This document shows, piece after piece, positions 13,172-25,435 of a DNA stretch of 64,000 nt. The DNA lies in NCBI RefSeq assembly GCF_004010195.1, contig NC_057719.1:63760602-63824601 (forward strand). Direction: 5' to 3'. The translations under genes and the position numbers were made by a program. This DNA comes from Chiloscyllium plagiosum (Eukaryota). The notes beneath the pieces are model-generated. The model was not told the DNA's origin. It did not search any database and saw only the letters and a program-made list of their open reading frames with translations. Each line of letters begins with the position of its first letter. Positions within the stretch are counted from its first letter, which is position 1.

Positions 13172-15300
13172 AGTCATAGAGATGTACAGCACAGAAACAG
13201 ACCCTTCAGTCCAACTTATCCATGCGGACCAGATATCCCAACCCAACCAGCACCCAGCCTATATCCCTCCAAACCCTTCTTATTCATATACCCTTTCAGA
13301 TGCCTTTTAAATGTTGCAATTGTACTAGCCTTCACCACTTCTTCTGGCAGCTCATTCCTACACATACTACCCTCTCCGTGAAAAAGTTGCCCCTTATGCC
13401 TCTTTTATATTTTTCCCCTCTCACCCTAAACCTATGCCATCTAGTTGTGGACTCCCCCACCCCAGGGAAAAGATTAGATTAGATTCCCTACAGAATGGAA
13501 ACAGGCCCTTCAGCCCAACAGGTCCACATCAACCGTCCGAAGAATAACCCACCCAGACCCGTTCCCCTGCCCTATACTTACCCCGACTAATGCACCTAAC
13601 ACTATGGGCAATTTAGCCTGGCCGATTCACCTGGCTAGCACATCTTTTGGTTTGTGGGACGAAGCCGGAGCACCCAGAGGAAACCCACACAGACACGGGG
13701 AGAATGTGCAAACTCTACACAGACAGTCACCCAATGCGGGAATTGAACCAGGGTCCCTGGTGCTGTGAGGCAGCAATGCTAACCACTGAGCCACCATGCC
13801 ACCCATGCGGCAAAAGGATTTTGCCAAAAAGATTTTGTCTGTTTACCTTATCCACGCCCCTCATGATTTTATAAACCTCTATAAGGTCACCCCTCAGCCT
13901 CCGACGCTCCAGGGAAAATATCCCCAATTTATTCAACCTCTCCCGATAGCTCAAATCCTCAAACCCTGGCAACATCCTTGCAAATCTTTTCTGAACCCTT
14001 TCAAGTTCCACAAGATAGGAAGGAGACCAGAATTGCACGCAATATTCCAAAAGTAACCTAACCAATGTCCTATCCAGCTGCAACATGACCTCCCAACTCC
14101 TGTACTCAATACTCTGACCAATAAAGGAAAGCATACCAAATGCCTTCTTCAGAATCCTATCTACCTGTGACTCTACTTTCAAGGAGCTATGAACCTGCAG
14201 TCCAAAGTCTCTTTGTTCAGCAAAACTCCCTAGGACCTTACCATTAAGTGTAAAAGTCCTACTAAGATTTGCTTTCCCAAAATGCAGCTCCTGGTATTTA
14301 TCTAAATTAAACTCCATCTGCCACTTCTCAGCCCATTGGCCCAAGTGATCAAGATCCCATTGTAATCTGAGGTAACCTTCTTCGCAGTCCACTACACCAC
14401 CAATTTTGGTGTCATCTGCAAACTTACTAATTATACCCCTTATGCTCACATCCAAATCATTTATATAAATGATGAAAAGTCGTGGACCCAGCACTGATCC
14501 TTGTGGCACTCCACTGGTCACAGGCCTCCAGTCTGAAAAACAAACCTCCACCACCACCCTCTGTCTTCTACCTTTGAGCCAATTCTGTATCCAAATGGCT
14601 AGTTCTCCCTGTATTTCATGAGATCTAACCTTGCTCACCAATTTCCCATGGTGAGCACCTTACTGAAGTCCATACAGATCATGTCCACCGCTCTGCCCTC
14701 ATCAGTCCTCTTTGTTACTTCTTCAAAAAACTCAATCAAGTTTGAGAGACATGATTTCCCACGCACAAAGCCATGTTGACTATCCCTGATCAGTCCTTGC
14801 CTTTCCAAATACATGTACATCCTGTCTCTCAGGATTCCCTCCAACAACTTGCCCACCACCAATGTCAGGCTCACTGGTCTATAGTTCCCTGGCTTGTCCT
14901 TATCACCTTTCGTAAATAGTAGCACCACGTTAGCCAAACTCCAGTGTTCCAGCACCTCACCTGTGACTATCGATGATACAAATATCTCAGCAAACACGTC
15001 CCTAGCTTCCCACGGAGTTCTCAGGTACACCTGATCAGGTCCTGGGGATTTGTCCACTTTTATGCATTTCGATACATCCAGCACTTTCCTCCTCTGCAAT
15101 ATGGGCATTTTTCAGGATATCACCATCTATTTCCTAACATTCTATATCTTTCATGTCCTTTTCCCCAGTAAACACCAATGCAAAAAATTTGTTTAGTATC
15201 TCCCCCATCTTCTGTGGCTCCACACAAAGGCCGCCTTGCTGATCTCTGAGAAGCCAATGTTTCTCCCTAGTTACCCTCATGTCCTTAATGTATTTGGAAA
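13172..15300 (-). mobile_element. HER1/CR1 LINE, 5'-truncated (~1.8 kb excluding the nested SINE)
   Basis: ORFs 14635..15108 and 13727..14641 encode CR1 RT (KSPGPD, NYRPVSLT, SQHGFVRGKSCLSNL, SGVPQGSVLGP, YINDLD, KFADDTK); possible flanking duplication aaa(c)ctcttcg at 13161-13171 and 15301-15310. Confidence 0.95.
13471..13804 (-). mobile_element. HE1-type V-SINE nested in the LINE 3' region
   Basis: Minus strand: tRNA-like head ggcatggtggctcagtggttagcattgctgcctcacag..gggttcaattcc, V-core tgtgtagagtttgcacattctccccgtgtctg, (aatct)n tail; aaaagatt occurs on both flanks. Confidence 0.92.
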
Positions 15301-15494
15301 AAACTCTTCGGATTCTTACAAATTTATAAAATGTAAAAGGATAATTAAAAGAATTCTTGGAATGATTGGTGGCAAAATAGGAGTGTGGAGGCAGAGGGTG
15401 TGACTGGGGTTCAAAAAAGATATTGCAATGGAGGAAGGGGTAGAGATACTGAATGATGTAAAAATTGAGAGAAGATGAAAAATGGGTGTGAGTT

Positions 15495-15880
15495 TGAGGA
15501 AGACTGCGATGTACTAACGTCACTTGGACAGTAATCCAGAAACACAAACTAATGCTCTGTATGTCGGGATTCATAAGCCTCCACAACAGATGGTGGAACA
15601 TAAATTCAATGAGAAAAATCTGGAATTGAAAGCTGTCATTAATGAAGTTACCTTGAAACTATCATCAATCGCTATAAAAACCCATTTCATTCACTAACGT
15701 CCTTTAAAGGAAGGAAATCTGCCATTCTTACCTTTATCTGGCATCCCTGTAACTCCAGACTCTCATTAAAGCGTTTGACTTTTAAATACCCTCTGAAATG
15801 CAACGTAGCTCAGAACGGAAATTAAGGAGAGGTAACAAATGCTAGTCTTGCCAGTGATATCCATATACAATGAACAAAAA
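15495..15880 (+). mobile_element. tRNA-derived SINE (second shark family), degraded
   Basis: agtaatccaga...aaaaatctggaatt...aaaacccat..ttcactaacgtccttta.aggaaggaaatctgcc...aaatgctagtcttgccagtga; homologous to 25118-25435, 51914-52240 and 55308-55610. Confidence 0.7.
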
Positions 15881-16184
15881 CTGTAAAGTTAACAAGTCAT
15901 CTGGTCCATATAAGATGTATTAGAAATTGCTGAGGAAGACAAACATTGAAATAGCAGAAGATCTGACCAGTCTGTCAGTCCTTCCTGGATATTGGAATAG
16001 TACCTGAGGACCAGAGAATTGGAAAGGTTAAGTCCCTATCAAAAATAGAGTTAAACATAATTATCGTTTAACATCAGTGAGAAGAAACTTACTTGAGGTC
16101 ACTATCAAGAGGAAAATTAAGTCTCATTGGGGAGGCACATGATTTATTAATAGAAACAGCAGAGATTTGTTAAAGGCAAATTGT

Positions 16185-16719
16185 GGAGAAAGTGAGGACT
16201 GCAGATACTGGAGATCAGAGTCAAGAGTGTAGTACTGGAAAAGCACAGCAGGTCAGGCAGCATCCGAGGAGCAGGAGAATCAACATTTCGGGCATATGCC
16301 CTTCAGTATTCCTGATTGAAGGGCTTTTGACTGAAACGTCTATTCTCCTGCTCCTCAGAGCAGCCTGTTCTGCTGTGCTTTTCCAGCACCACACTCTTGA
16401 TTCTGATCTGCAGTCCTGACTTTCTCCTAGTTGATTTCAACTGTACTGCAAAGACTCTTCCAAGGATGCCTACCTTGAAGAAGTTCTCCTCTTCTCTCTA
16501 TAAGGATCTCAGTGAGTCTCTCTCTGACTGCAACCACACCCCAACACCCCTAGGTCATCTCCTCTGCCCTGAAGCTTTTCAACCATGTCCTGAAGCAGAC
16601 TGCTACCACAGCGACATCTCCTTCCATTCCTGATGAAGGGCTTATGCCCGAAATGTTGATTCTCCCGCTCCTCGGATGCTGCCTGACCTGTTGTGCTTTT
16701 CCAGCACTACATTCTTCAC
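16185..16719. mobile_element. Penelope-like element remnant with inverted pLTRs and hammerhead motifs, flanked by a 14-bp duplication
   Basis: 16185-16305 is the reverse complement of ~16307-16428, and a third pLTR piece lies at ~16625-16719. Flanks are taaaggcaaattgt (16171-16184) and taaagtcaaattgt (16720-16733). Confidence 0.82.
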
Positions 16720-17774
16720 TAAAGTCAAATTGTATCTGACTAACCTAATTCACGTCTTTCATGAAGGAACAGAGGCTTGCTGAATTTACTACTTACTCGG
16801 AAACTATAAGCAATTTAGAATAACTTGACTGTGGCAACCTGCGTTTGTAATTACCATAGGGATCAGAGACATAATAGAGCTCATGGTGGAAAGAGTTAAT
16901 GTGGATTTGTAAATAATATCATTTACATGTTGGTACTCTCCACCAGCTTCATGGCAAAGTTGAAGTCTTCACCTGTACATTTGTGGTGTATACTATTTTT
17001 AAATAAACAGGGAATGGTTGATGTAACAAGGAAAGGCAATATTGACCAGCTTCTGTTTTACACCCAACCACAATAAGTGGTGGCAGCAGGTGACTGAGTA
17101 AAAGGGAAGAATGGTCAGTGAGCAAATAGCAAATAAATGAAGCAACAAAAACAAGAAAAGAATGAAAAAGACATTACCATTACCCAAGTACTTCAAGAAA
17201 GTTGTAGTCCAGAACCAGGTTGACCTGGCATTAGAGATTTACAAGCTGACAACAATATCTAGTAAAAAGCAGGACTGTACTCTCTTACATGCAGTAAAGC
17301 TTGCATGCAGATGATTTCCTAATCAGACAGGAAACAACAATGTAATACAAAGTAATTAAAGCATTTGATGATTACTTCAATCGCTGCAAAAAACATGACC
17401 GTTGAGCAGTTGAAGTACAATAAACCTGTCCAGCAACTGGGAGAGAGTGTCACTTCATTTATTAGTGATTTCTACATGGCTGGCAGTGAATTGTGAATAT
17501 GCAAATTTAAAAGAATAATTAATTAGAGATTAAATTGTTGTGTGAGTCTTGAATTAGGATTTTTTTGCAGCTGAAGGATAAATTGACTTTGTCGAAGGCT
17601 GCTTAGTTGATCAAATAAACAGGTTGTAAAACAGAACTATGCAGTAATTCACGTAACGGGGACCTGTTGGCAAAAAAGTCGTGTTCCATGGCTCTGGAAT
17701 GAAGCATGGCTGCACAGAAACTGAGGAAAAGGAAAGGATGTGGTTCCCACCTTTTACCAAATGCTATCAGTATA

Positions 17775-17970
17775 GAAGATTCGTAGAATCCCTGCAGTGT
17801 GGAAACAGAACCTTTGGCCCAACAAGTCCACACTGACCCTCCGAAGAGTATACCACCCAGATGTATTCCCCTAAACTATTAACCTACATATACCCTTGAT
17901 TAATGCACCTGACGTACACATCTCTGAACACAATGGGCAACTTAGCACGGCCAATTCACCTAACCTGCAT
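17775..17970 (-). mobile_element. 5'-truncated HE1-type SINE
   Basis: gaatccctgcagtgtggaaacag..ttggcccaacaagtccacactgaccctccgaagag...gccaattcacctaacctgca is the reverse complement of the HE1 3' half. Confidence 0.82.
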
Positions 17971-17974
17971 ATAC

Positions 17975-18390
17975 TATCCCTTTCTTGACTCATAGCCATG
18001 TGGTTAACATTTGCTACCCTATCGGTATCACACAAGCATTCAGCTGACTGACCTGAAATGCTGGCTTGTCTTCTCTATGTAACCCCCTCCAGGCTGCTGA
18101 AATTTCCTCCAATGTGACTCTTTTCACATCCCCAAATTCAATCATTCCATCACTGTTATTGCTGCCACAGCTGCCTAGGCCTTGATAATTCCAACGTGAA
18201 ATCCCTCTGCCTTTCCAGCTTACTCCTTCTGTTTAAGATTCTCCTTAAAGCCTAACTCTTTGTTCAAGCTTTTGGTCATCAACACAAACATCCCTTGTGT
18301 TCTTCAGTGTCAAATTTTGTGGAAAATCGAGTGAAGCACTTTTGGTCACTTACCTACTTTAAAGGAGTCAGATAAATGCATGTTATTGTT
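17975..18390 (+). mobile_element. L2-like LINE 3' end fragment
   Basis: tttaagattctccttaaagcctaactctttgttcaagcttttggtca...gtgaagcactttt...ataaatgcatgttattgtt; homologous to the 3' end of the minus-strand L2 at 41030-42560. Confidence 0.6.
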
Positions 18391-20150
18391 AATCTCTGAA
18401 TAACTCAGTTCCACAGGGTGCTGGGTGAAAGAATGCCCTGCCGAAACTGAGTGCGATCTTTGTAAAATGTATGGTCATTACAATGCAGGGTATCATAGCA
18501 AGATGTTTGGATTTCAAAAATAAAAAGTAAAACCTATAAATGTTGGCAAATTCCAAGAAATAGAAGATCATAGTGATATACAAATGCAATTCCTCGATGA
18601 GATTCAAGAACCAACTGAGAGTTGTTGAATTACAGAAATTTTAGTCAATGGACACAAAAGATGTTTCAACTGAACAGTGGAGCTGGTGTTTTATTTCTTC
18701 CCAAAGATGAACAGTGGTCCGAGCAGGATCTCCAACCATCAAGCGTGAAACTCCATGGAGGCTTGCAACTTAAAGTCAGGAAAGCAGATGACTGCCACAG
18801 TTCAAAACAGTGAGAAGAAAATCTCAGAAACTTTGTCTGTAATCCAGAAGCAGAGTTGTTCACTCATAAGTAATTGAGTTTGTACAGATTTACAGCAAAA
18901 TTACCGAACAGAGAAATTGGGAAGACAAGCAAATCCTAAAGATTCTTAGGGCTGAATTTTGCAAAATTATTCAAAAAGTTTGAAAAGCTGAAAACGACTC
19001 ATCATATCAACTATGTCCTGAAGCAAAGTCTATATGTTTGTTTACACACTGACAAAAGTTCCTTACAAACTTGGCAAATGGGAAAGCCAGAAGTTGACTT
19101 ACTGTCACAACACAGAATTACCCCACATGTAACAAAACCTATGAGTTGGTATTCCAGTGTGGTTCTCGTCCTGAATGAAACTAAATGAATCACCAAGAAT
19201 CTGTGTAGATCACTCATGGTTGAACCAAGCTTCAGAAAAATTATTTTGACCTAAATATTCAACCAAATAAAAAACAGATTCCTTCTAGTAAGATTAAAGG
19301 TGCTGCCACATTCTAGGAAGGATTTGCAATGATCGCAGCTATGCTGTCTGATAGGTATCATTTTTTGATGGGTTGGGGACATTATTCAAGCCTTTGATAT
19401 TACTATCAAACAATGATACACAGTTGAACCTACTTTCTGAAAATCATGCTGAATTTTTTCATGACATTATCTTGGTTTTTGGCCTATAAAATAGAAGATC
19501 TGTGATGTTGACAGTACTGCATTTAGATAGCTGAAGTAGAAGACCTGTTTTATGTGTGCAGATAATGGGATCATTTTGTTAACTTTTTTTTATTTATCTC
19601 ATTAGATTTTTTTTTCCCATCTGAGTCAATAGGATTGACGCTTATTCTCAAAAAATAGTCCATGTTCAGAAGTCATCTGTTAATTATTATTAATTCTATA
19701 TTAAATGTAGGCAGATTGAGGGCATTAAATGGGGGTTCACGCAAACTCCAGTGTGGTGCAGTATCCTTGCCTCTGGTCTAGGAGGCCCAATTTTCAAGTC
19801 CTACCTGCTCCCGAGAAGTGTAATATCATCTCTGAACAGGTATATTAGAAAAAGCAATTATAAACATGAATATGCAGAAGTCCTAATCCTACAGGTATTT
19901 TAAGCTAAATATCAAAAATTGTTTGCTTCCCAATACTTAAGTTCATGAGGTGATTTCCTGGGATTTTATTTTTCATTCCTCATTGTCAAAATATCATCAT
20001 CTATATGATTTGTTTTAACCTCTGGTTCCCACTGTCTGGTGTATTTTAGCAAACATTTACAGAAAACAGGAAAACAGACAGAATTTGATAGTAACTTTGC
20101 CATTGATGTAAATGAGTATCAAAATCATGAGCAGAGTACATTGGGTCACG

Positions 20151-20379
20151 CAGGTCATTCTGCTATAATGCGACAGTTGAGTTCCTCTGTAACCCCGTAC
20201 TACAGAATATCTTGCTATGGAAAACCACTATAGAAAATAGCGCTGTAGAAAATCATTAATACAAAATCACTATACCTGTTTAGGAAGAAGTTTGCATTAT
20301 CCAAACAACGCACACAATTTGTCAATAGCGTTATAGCCAAATTGCACGGACGAAACGCACATTATAGCAGAATGACCTG
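20151..20379. mobile_element. Non-autonomous Tc1/mariner-pogo type MITE (229 bp)
   Basis: Terminal inverted repeats caggtcattctgctataatgcg and cacattatagcagaatgacctg (21/22 match); TA on the right flank, CG on the left. Confidence 0.85.
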
Positions 20380-21584
20380 TACTATTCTCATGGGTGGAAA
20401 AATTGAGAACCCAAACCTCCTGGTTTCAAGTGATTGTCAAAAAAAGCAAGAGGCATAAGTGAAAATCCTTTTTATACATAAGTTAGCATGATGAAAACAC
20501 TGTTTTGTGGTGTGATGGAGGCAGATTCAATTATGGATTTCAAAAGAGAATTGCATAAGGAGAAAAACCAATGGGAAAAAAAGTCGGCAAGGCTGCAGTG
20601 ACAACATAGGATTGTGGGCTAGTTGGTGAGCTTTTACAGAGAGCAGATATAGACCTGAGATTCTGAATGATCTCTTTAATTTTGTAACCATTCATAAATC
20701 ATTGTATGTATTCATTAGGGAATTTCCATGCAGTCGAAATGAGATAATGTATGTCAAAAGTGGTACTCAAATGATATATTCGATTGTTGTCTGGATTTTT
20801 TGTATATCTGCATGTATTGTTAAAATTATCTTTGTTCAAAATACAATCTCAGCAAATAAGTAGGAAAGTAGTTGAGACCAGATATATTTTCAAAAGTGAC
20901 TTCATTTTTTGTATTTGTCTGCTGTTGTATAATATCTGTACTGTACTCAACTAAAACAGAAGTTCTAAAGCTTTGTATTGTACTTCCACATAATAAACTA
21001 TGATATCTGCTTTTGTAATTTATGTCAGGCACTGGTGGATTTTCTGAATAGCTACTTTGTGTTGGTCTTCACAATAGAGGTTGAGAAAAAAAATCAGAGA
21101 TTCAAGAGAAATAAAAAATAAATCAAGGGAAGGAACCAATTCAACTCTACAAAAGAAACAAAGAATTACAGTAAATTGGGTGCTGTTAAAGATAGACAGA
21201 CCTCCACAATAAAAGCGCATGAGGGAATTGATGATTCATCAGTCCTAGCCATCCAAATCACAAGCAGTTCAGGAATTGTCTCTTTGGATTAGAATATTGT
21301 CAATTTCATTTAATTGTTTTACAAAGTAGGAGAAATAAACTGGAAATTTAGATACCTGTTGGCTTAAGGTCAGTTGTCGGGAGGTTAGTAGGGGGACAGA
21401 GTGACCAAACATTTATGCAAATATGAGCTAATTAGAAGCAGCCCAGATTTGTAAAGGGAAGGTCATATATGACATACCTTGATGAACTTTTGAGCAGATA
21501 ACTAATACATTAGGTAAGTGATGTTATTTTCTGTAGGTATTATTATAGATTATTATATATCACAGGTTATTTGTAGTACCTGTT

Positions 21585-21848
21585 GTCACTCAGGTGATAG
21601 CACACTGACTTCTGAATCAAAAGCTTGTGGATTCAATTCCCACTCCAGAAATTGAGCTCAAAAATCAAAGCTGACTATTCACTGCAGTGGAAGAGTATTG
21701 GGGTATGATGGCCAACATGTTGCTGTTTTTAAGAACATTATCTGTTCAGTGGCTACCTCAATTTATTGATTTCACTTCAAAAGCACTTCATTGGCTGTAA
21801 AACCCTTTTCGATGTACTCTAATCATGAAGGGTACTATATAAAGTTCG
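21585..21848 (+). mobile_element. Deu-domain (SacSINE1-like) SINE, internally deleted
   Basis: tRNA-like head ctcaggtgatagcacact..ttctgaatcaaaagcttgtggattcaattcccactccaga and tail cacttcaaaagcacttcattggctgtaaa...actatataaa; an antisense relative lies at 56581-56820. Confidence 0.6.
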
Positions 21849-22690
21849 CCTGGATTACGAATATCTCTTAGGGAAGAAAAAAATCTGCTCACTCACCTGA
21901 AGTGGTCTACATGTGACTGCAGACCCACAGCTACGTGGTTGACTTATCTACCCTCTGAAATGACTTAGCCAAGCCATTCAATTGTTTTAGCATCTCTGGA
22001 TTTGTCATTTTCCACCAGCACAAGTGGCGACACAGTGATATACAGTAAGGAGGGAGTTCTCAACAATGGCTGTGGATCCCTTGAGGTCTCCTGGAACTTT
22101 GTCGAATTTGGACAAAGAAACCTCCTAATTGCCAGAAATCAATTACTACTCCACGAGTGTACTTTTAATCATCAGTGAAATGATAGGACTCATCACCAGC
22201 AGTGATATCAAGTAACATATTTTTGCTACTAATCTGCTCACTGATTCTCAGTTTGAGTTCTACAGATGCCACTCAGCTCCTGACCTTATTTTACGGACAA
22301 AAGTATGGACAAAAGAGCTGAATTTCCAAAAGTGAGGCGAGATACTACCTTTGACACTAAGATCATATTTGACCAAATATGACATCAGTAAGCTGCAGTC
22401 AGTAGGAATCAGGCAAAACTCTCAGTTGATGGCAGTCCTAGGATCATCATCATAGGATAATAGTCGTGATTGTTTGAGGGACTCAGCTTCAGGGACATCT
22501 CTGCAGGAGTTCCTCAGGGTAATGTCTTTAACTGGATCATGATCTTTCAACACCCCCTAATAATGCCAAGTGGACTGCAGTGGTTGAAGATTGCAGCTTA
22601 CCACCACTTTCTCAAGTACAACTATGGATGGGTGATAAATGTTGGCTTAACCAGCGAAACCCATATCTCATGAATAGTTCGACAAAAATG

Positions 22691-22932
22691 TAAAAATCAC
22701 ACGACACCAGGTTATAGTCCAGCAGGTTTTTTGGAAGATTGCTGTTTGTTCAATGTATCGCATCAGTGTGTGACACTATGATCTTTTGCTATAAATTCTG
22801 TGTCCATTTGCTGCCTGACGAAGGAGCAGCGCTCCAAAAGCTTGTACTTCCAAATAAACCTGTTAGACTATAACCTGGTGTTGTGTGATTTTTAACTTTG
22901 TCCACACAGTCCAACACCAGCACCTCCATATC
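22691..22932. mobile_element. Penelope-like inverted-terminal remnant with hammerhead motif
   Basis: ~40-bp inverted repeat taaaaatcacacgacaccaggttatagtcc / gactataacctggtgttgtgtgatttttaa enclosing ctgacga-a-ggagc-agc-gctcc-aaaa-gctt. Confidence 0.75.
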
Positions 22933-24039
22933 TTGAAAAAATTGCAACTCTTTATTTCAACTTTCTTCATAGACTTCCTGTAGGCATTTGACAAGTTAAT
23001 TTTATAAAAATGTTTGGAACAGAAAGATGGCTGGGAAAGCAATTGGTTATGACATTGGGGTTAGATAAGGCTATCAGACGTATTCAAGTTGGCAGGTGAC
23101 TCATGGTGTACACCAGGGTTTAGCTTAACATATTAAATGTAAAAGAAGAATAAATTTAAATAGCACACTGTTGTGGAATACAACTTAGATATAAAGTAGT
23201 TCAGGGTAAAATATGGATCATTAATGTTACAGGAATGGAAAATTGCAGTTAACTAAATTCATATATCGATATTGATGAGAAATGCGTTTGGAAAGATTTT
23301 TTTTTAAAAAACTCATGATAGATATATAAATAACCCACAAGAGAAAGCAGTTGTTCAGTAAATAGCCCAAAAGTAGAATTAATGTCTTGAATTAATGGCT
23401 TTCAAATCAAAGTTAAATGGACTTTTTCCTTGTCTAACTTCCTTTATTACTCCTTGCAGACAGTGCTACAAAAATGCTAAGTTGGTCAGTTTTCCTTTGG
23501 GAATTCAAAAATGAATATAAGCTTGGCAGATATAACTACCTACGCCAAGAAAAGAAGTAATAAAAGTACAGAAAATAATCTAGCCAGTTGAGAGGAATTT
23601 CAATATGTCACAGGGAGTCAGCTGGAATGGGAAATGATGAATGTTTGACGAATGATGACAATAAAGCTATTTGTAAACTGCTAGATTACTCCAGTTGGAT
23701 TTAGTTTTAATTCACCAAAGCTAGAAATTAACTTGGATGAATTGGATTGAAAATTTTCCAGGTTGTTATTCGGACAGTTTATTCATTAACAACAGGCTTT
23801 TTACGTAGCACTTTGAAATAGATATATGTGATTTTATTCTAATTAATTTGGCCAACACAGCTTTTTCTTTAAATATTCACATCTATCCTCTTAATTGGAT
23901 GTGCATATTATCAAGAAGGACAGTCCTGAGCATCCAAGGAAAATGGAATAAATTTAAAGGCATACAATTTCCGCAATTGTATGGCTCTGCAGTTAAACAT
24001 TACATGAAAATAACATAAGAATTTTATGGAAAATTAACT

Positions 24040-24540
24040 AAATGTTCCAGAGACTGAGAATCCTGTGGCAAGTAACTCACCTGACTCCCCAGAGACTGTT
24101 TACTACTTACAAGGCACAAGTCAGAAGTGAATGGAATACTTCCCACTTGGCTGGATGGGCATAGCTCCAGCAGCACTTGAGAACCTTGACAATGTCCTAC
24201 TTGATTGACACCTGAAGCATTCATTCCCACTGCCACCAGCACAGAGTGGCAACAGAGTTGAACCATCCACAAGATGTGCTTCCACAACTCACCAAATTGT
24301 TTGACAGTACCTTCCAAACCCGCAAGATGTACCACCTGGAAGGGCAAGAACAGCAAACGCATAGGAATACCCCTCCACATCACACATTATCCTGACTTGC
24401 AACTTTATCAGCATCCTTTCACTATGACAAAATCCTAGAACTTGTTTCTTCTCGAGAGAATACACCATCACCTTGACAGCAATTAGTGATGGACAATAAA
24501 TGTTAGTCTTGCCAACAATGCTCAGATTCTAAAAGTAACT
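24040..24540 (+). mobile_element. 3' end of second CR1-group LINE family
   Basis: acaaggcacaagtcagaagtgaatggaatacttcccact (YKAQVRS.MEY.P.. C-terminal motif) followed by the 3' UTR ending aataaatgttagtcttgcca, shared with the second SINE family. Confidence 0.65.
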
Positions 24541-25117
24541 TGAAATAAAAACATCTATTTAATTCACAATGGAGGATGCTTTCTTTTTTGTTGCTGTTTT
24601 TGATTAAATGTGGTGTCATATAAGTTTCAGCGAATTTATATTCTTTTCTCCTATATTCTCTCAGACTTTTAAGGAAATACTAAGTAATTTCAGCATCAGT
24701 TGCCCTCAGTGTAACAACTAAATAATTATTCTTAATTTATTATTTGGGATGGTGAGTAATGGTGGACATATCGAACTTGAGAATAACATCATAGAAAAGC
24801 ATGTTCCAAGTCTCAACCAATATCCATACCTGTAAATTCCAGCAGGGTTCAGCAAATATTAATCACTATGCAAATATTTCTTTGCTTCTCCTTCTCACTG
24901 AGCAATTCTGCAGTGTTATTTCATTTCTGATTGTATCTATATGTATAAATAATTGCATTTGTTTCACACTTAATGTCTTGAAGCAACATAGCCAAGGTTT
25001 ACTTTCAAAGTATAGTCACTGTTGTTGTGTAACTAATATTCTTATAGCAAGATCTTAAACAATTGACAATTTCTGCTTCAGTGGGGTTAGTTGGGAATAA
25101 GTGTTGTGAACTGTTAG

Positions 25118-25435
25118 TACAGAGACCCAGGTAATGTTCTGAGGCCCCAGGTTCATATCACACTGTGACTGATGGTGAAATTTGACTTCAATAAAATCTG
25201 GAATTAGTAGTCTAATGATGACCATGAACCATTGCTGATTGTCAGAAAAACCCAACTGGTTCACTAATGTCCTTTAGGGTAGGAAATCTGCCATCCTTAC
25301 TTGGTCTGGCCGACATGTGACTGCAGACCCACTGCAATCTGGTTGGCGCTTCACTGCCCTCTGGGCAATTCAGGATGGACAATAAATGCTGGCCTGGCTA
25401 GTGATGCCCACATCCTTCAAATTAATCATAAAAAG
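25118..25435 (+). mobile_element. tRNA-derived SINE (second shark family)
   Basis: cagagacccaggtaatgttctg...aataaaatctggaattag...gtcctttagggtaggaaatctgccatccttac...aataaatgctggcctggctagtgatgcccacatcc. Confidence 0.8.

Larger units (their letters stand above)
11510..16780 (+). mobile_element. Old fragmented CR1 LINE (ORF1 end, endonuclease start, RT start) hosting many nested insertions
   Basis: Collinear pieces: ORF1 tail WCKG..FRFLRH...GANIL.GR...ATRKGL* (11520-11690), endonuclease start ..N.RSI.NKVHEL (11860-11900), G.Y..RP...EE.I.RQI (12560-12620), KSSGP..GIVPED..NYR..FVKGK (15890-16184), and LTNLI after 16733. Confidence 0.6.
17200..18500 (+). mobile_element. Decayed Gypsy-type LTR retrotransposon gag remnant, interrupted by SINE and L2 fragments
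   Basis: Broken frames give FDDYFN..KN..VE...YN..VQQLGESVTSFISD..LA.NCEY.NLKE.LIRD.IVV...QLKDKLTLSKA (17365-17600), plus a zinc-knuckle-like ECPAE.ECDLCKMYGHY near 18430-18485. Confidence 0.55.

Noticed and set aside
13727..14641. Longest ORF (304 aa, minus strand) as a host gene
   Set aside because: It is CR1 reverse transcriptase sequence whose C-terminus runs into a nested HE1 SINE; the element is 5'-truncated and frameshifted.
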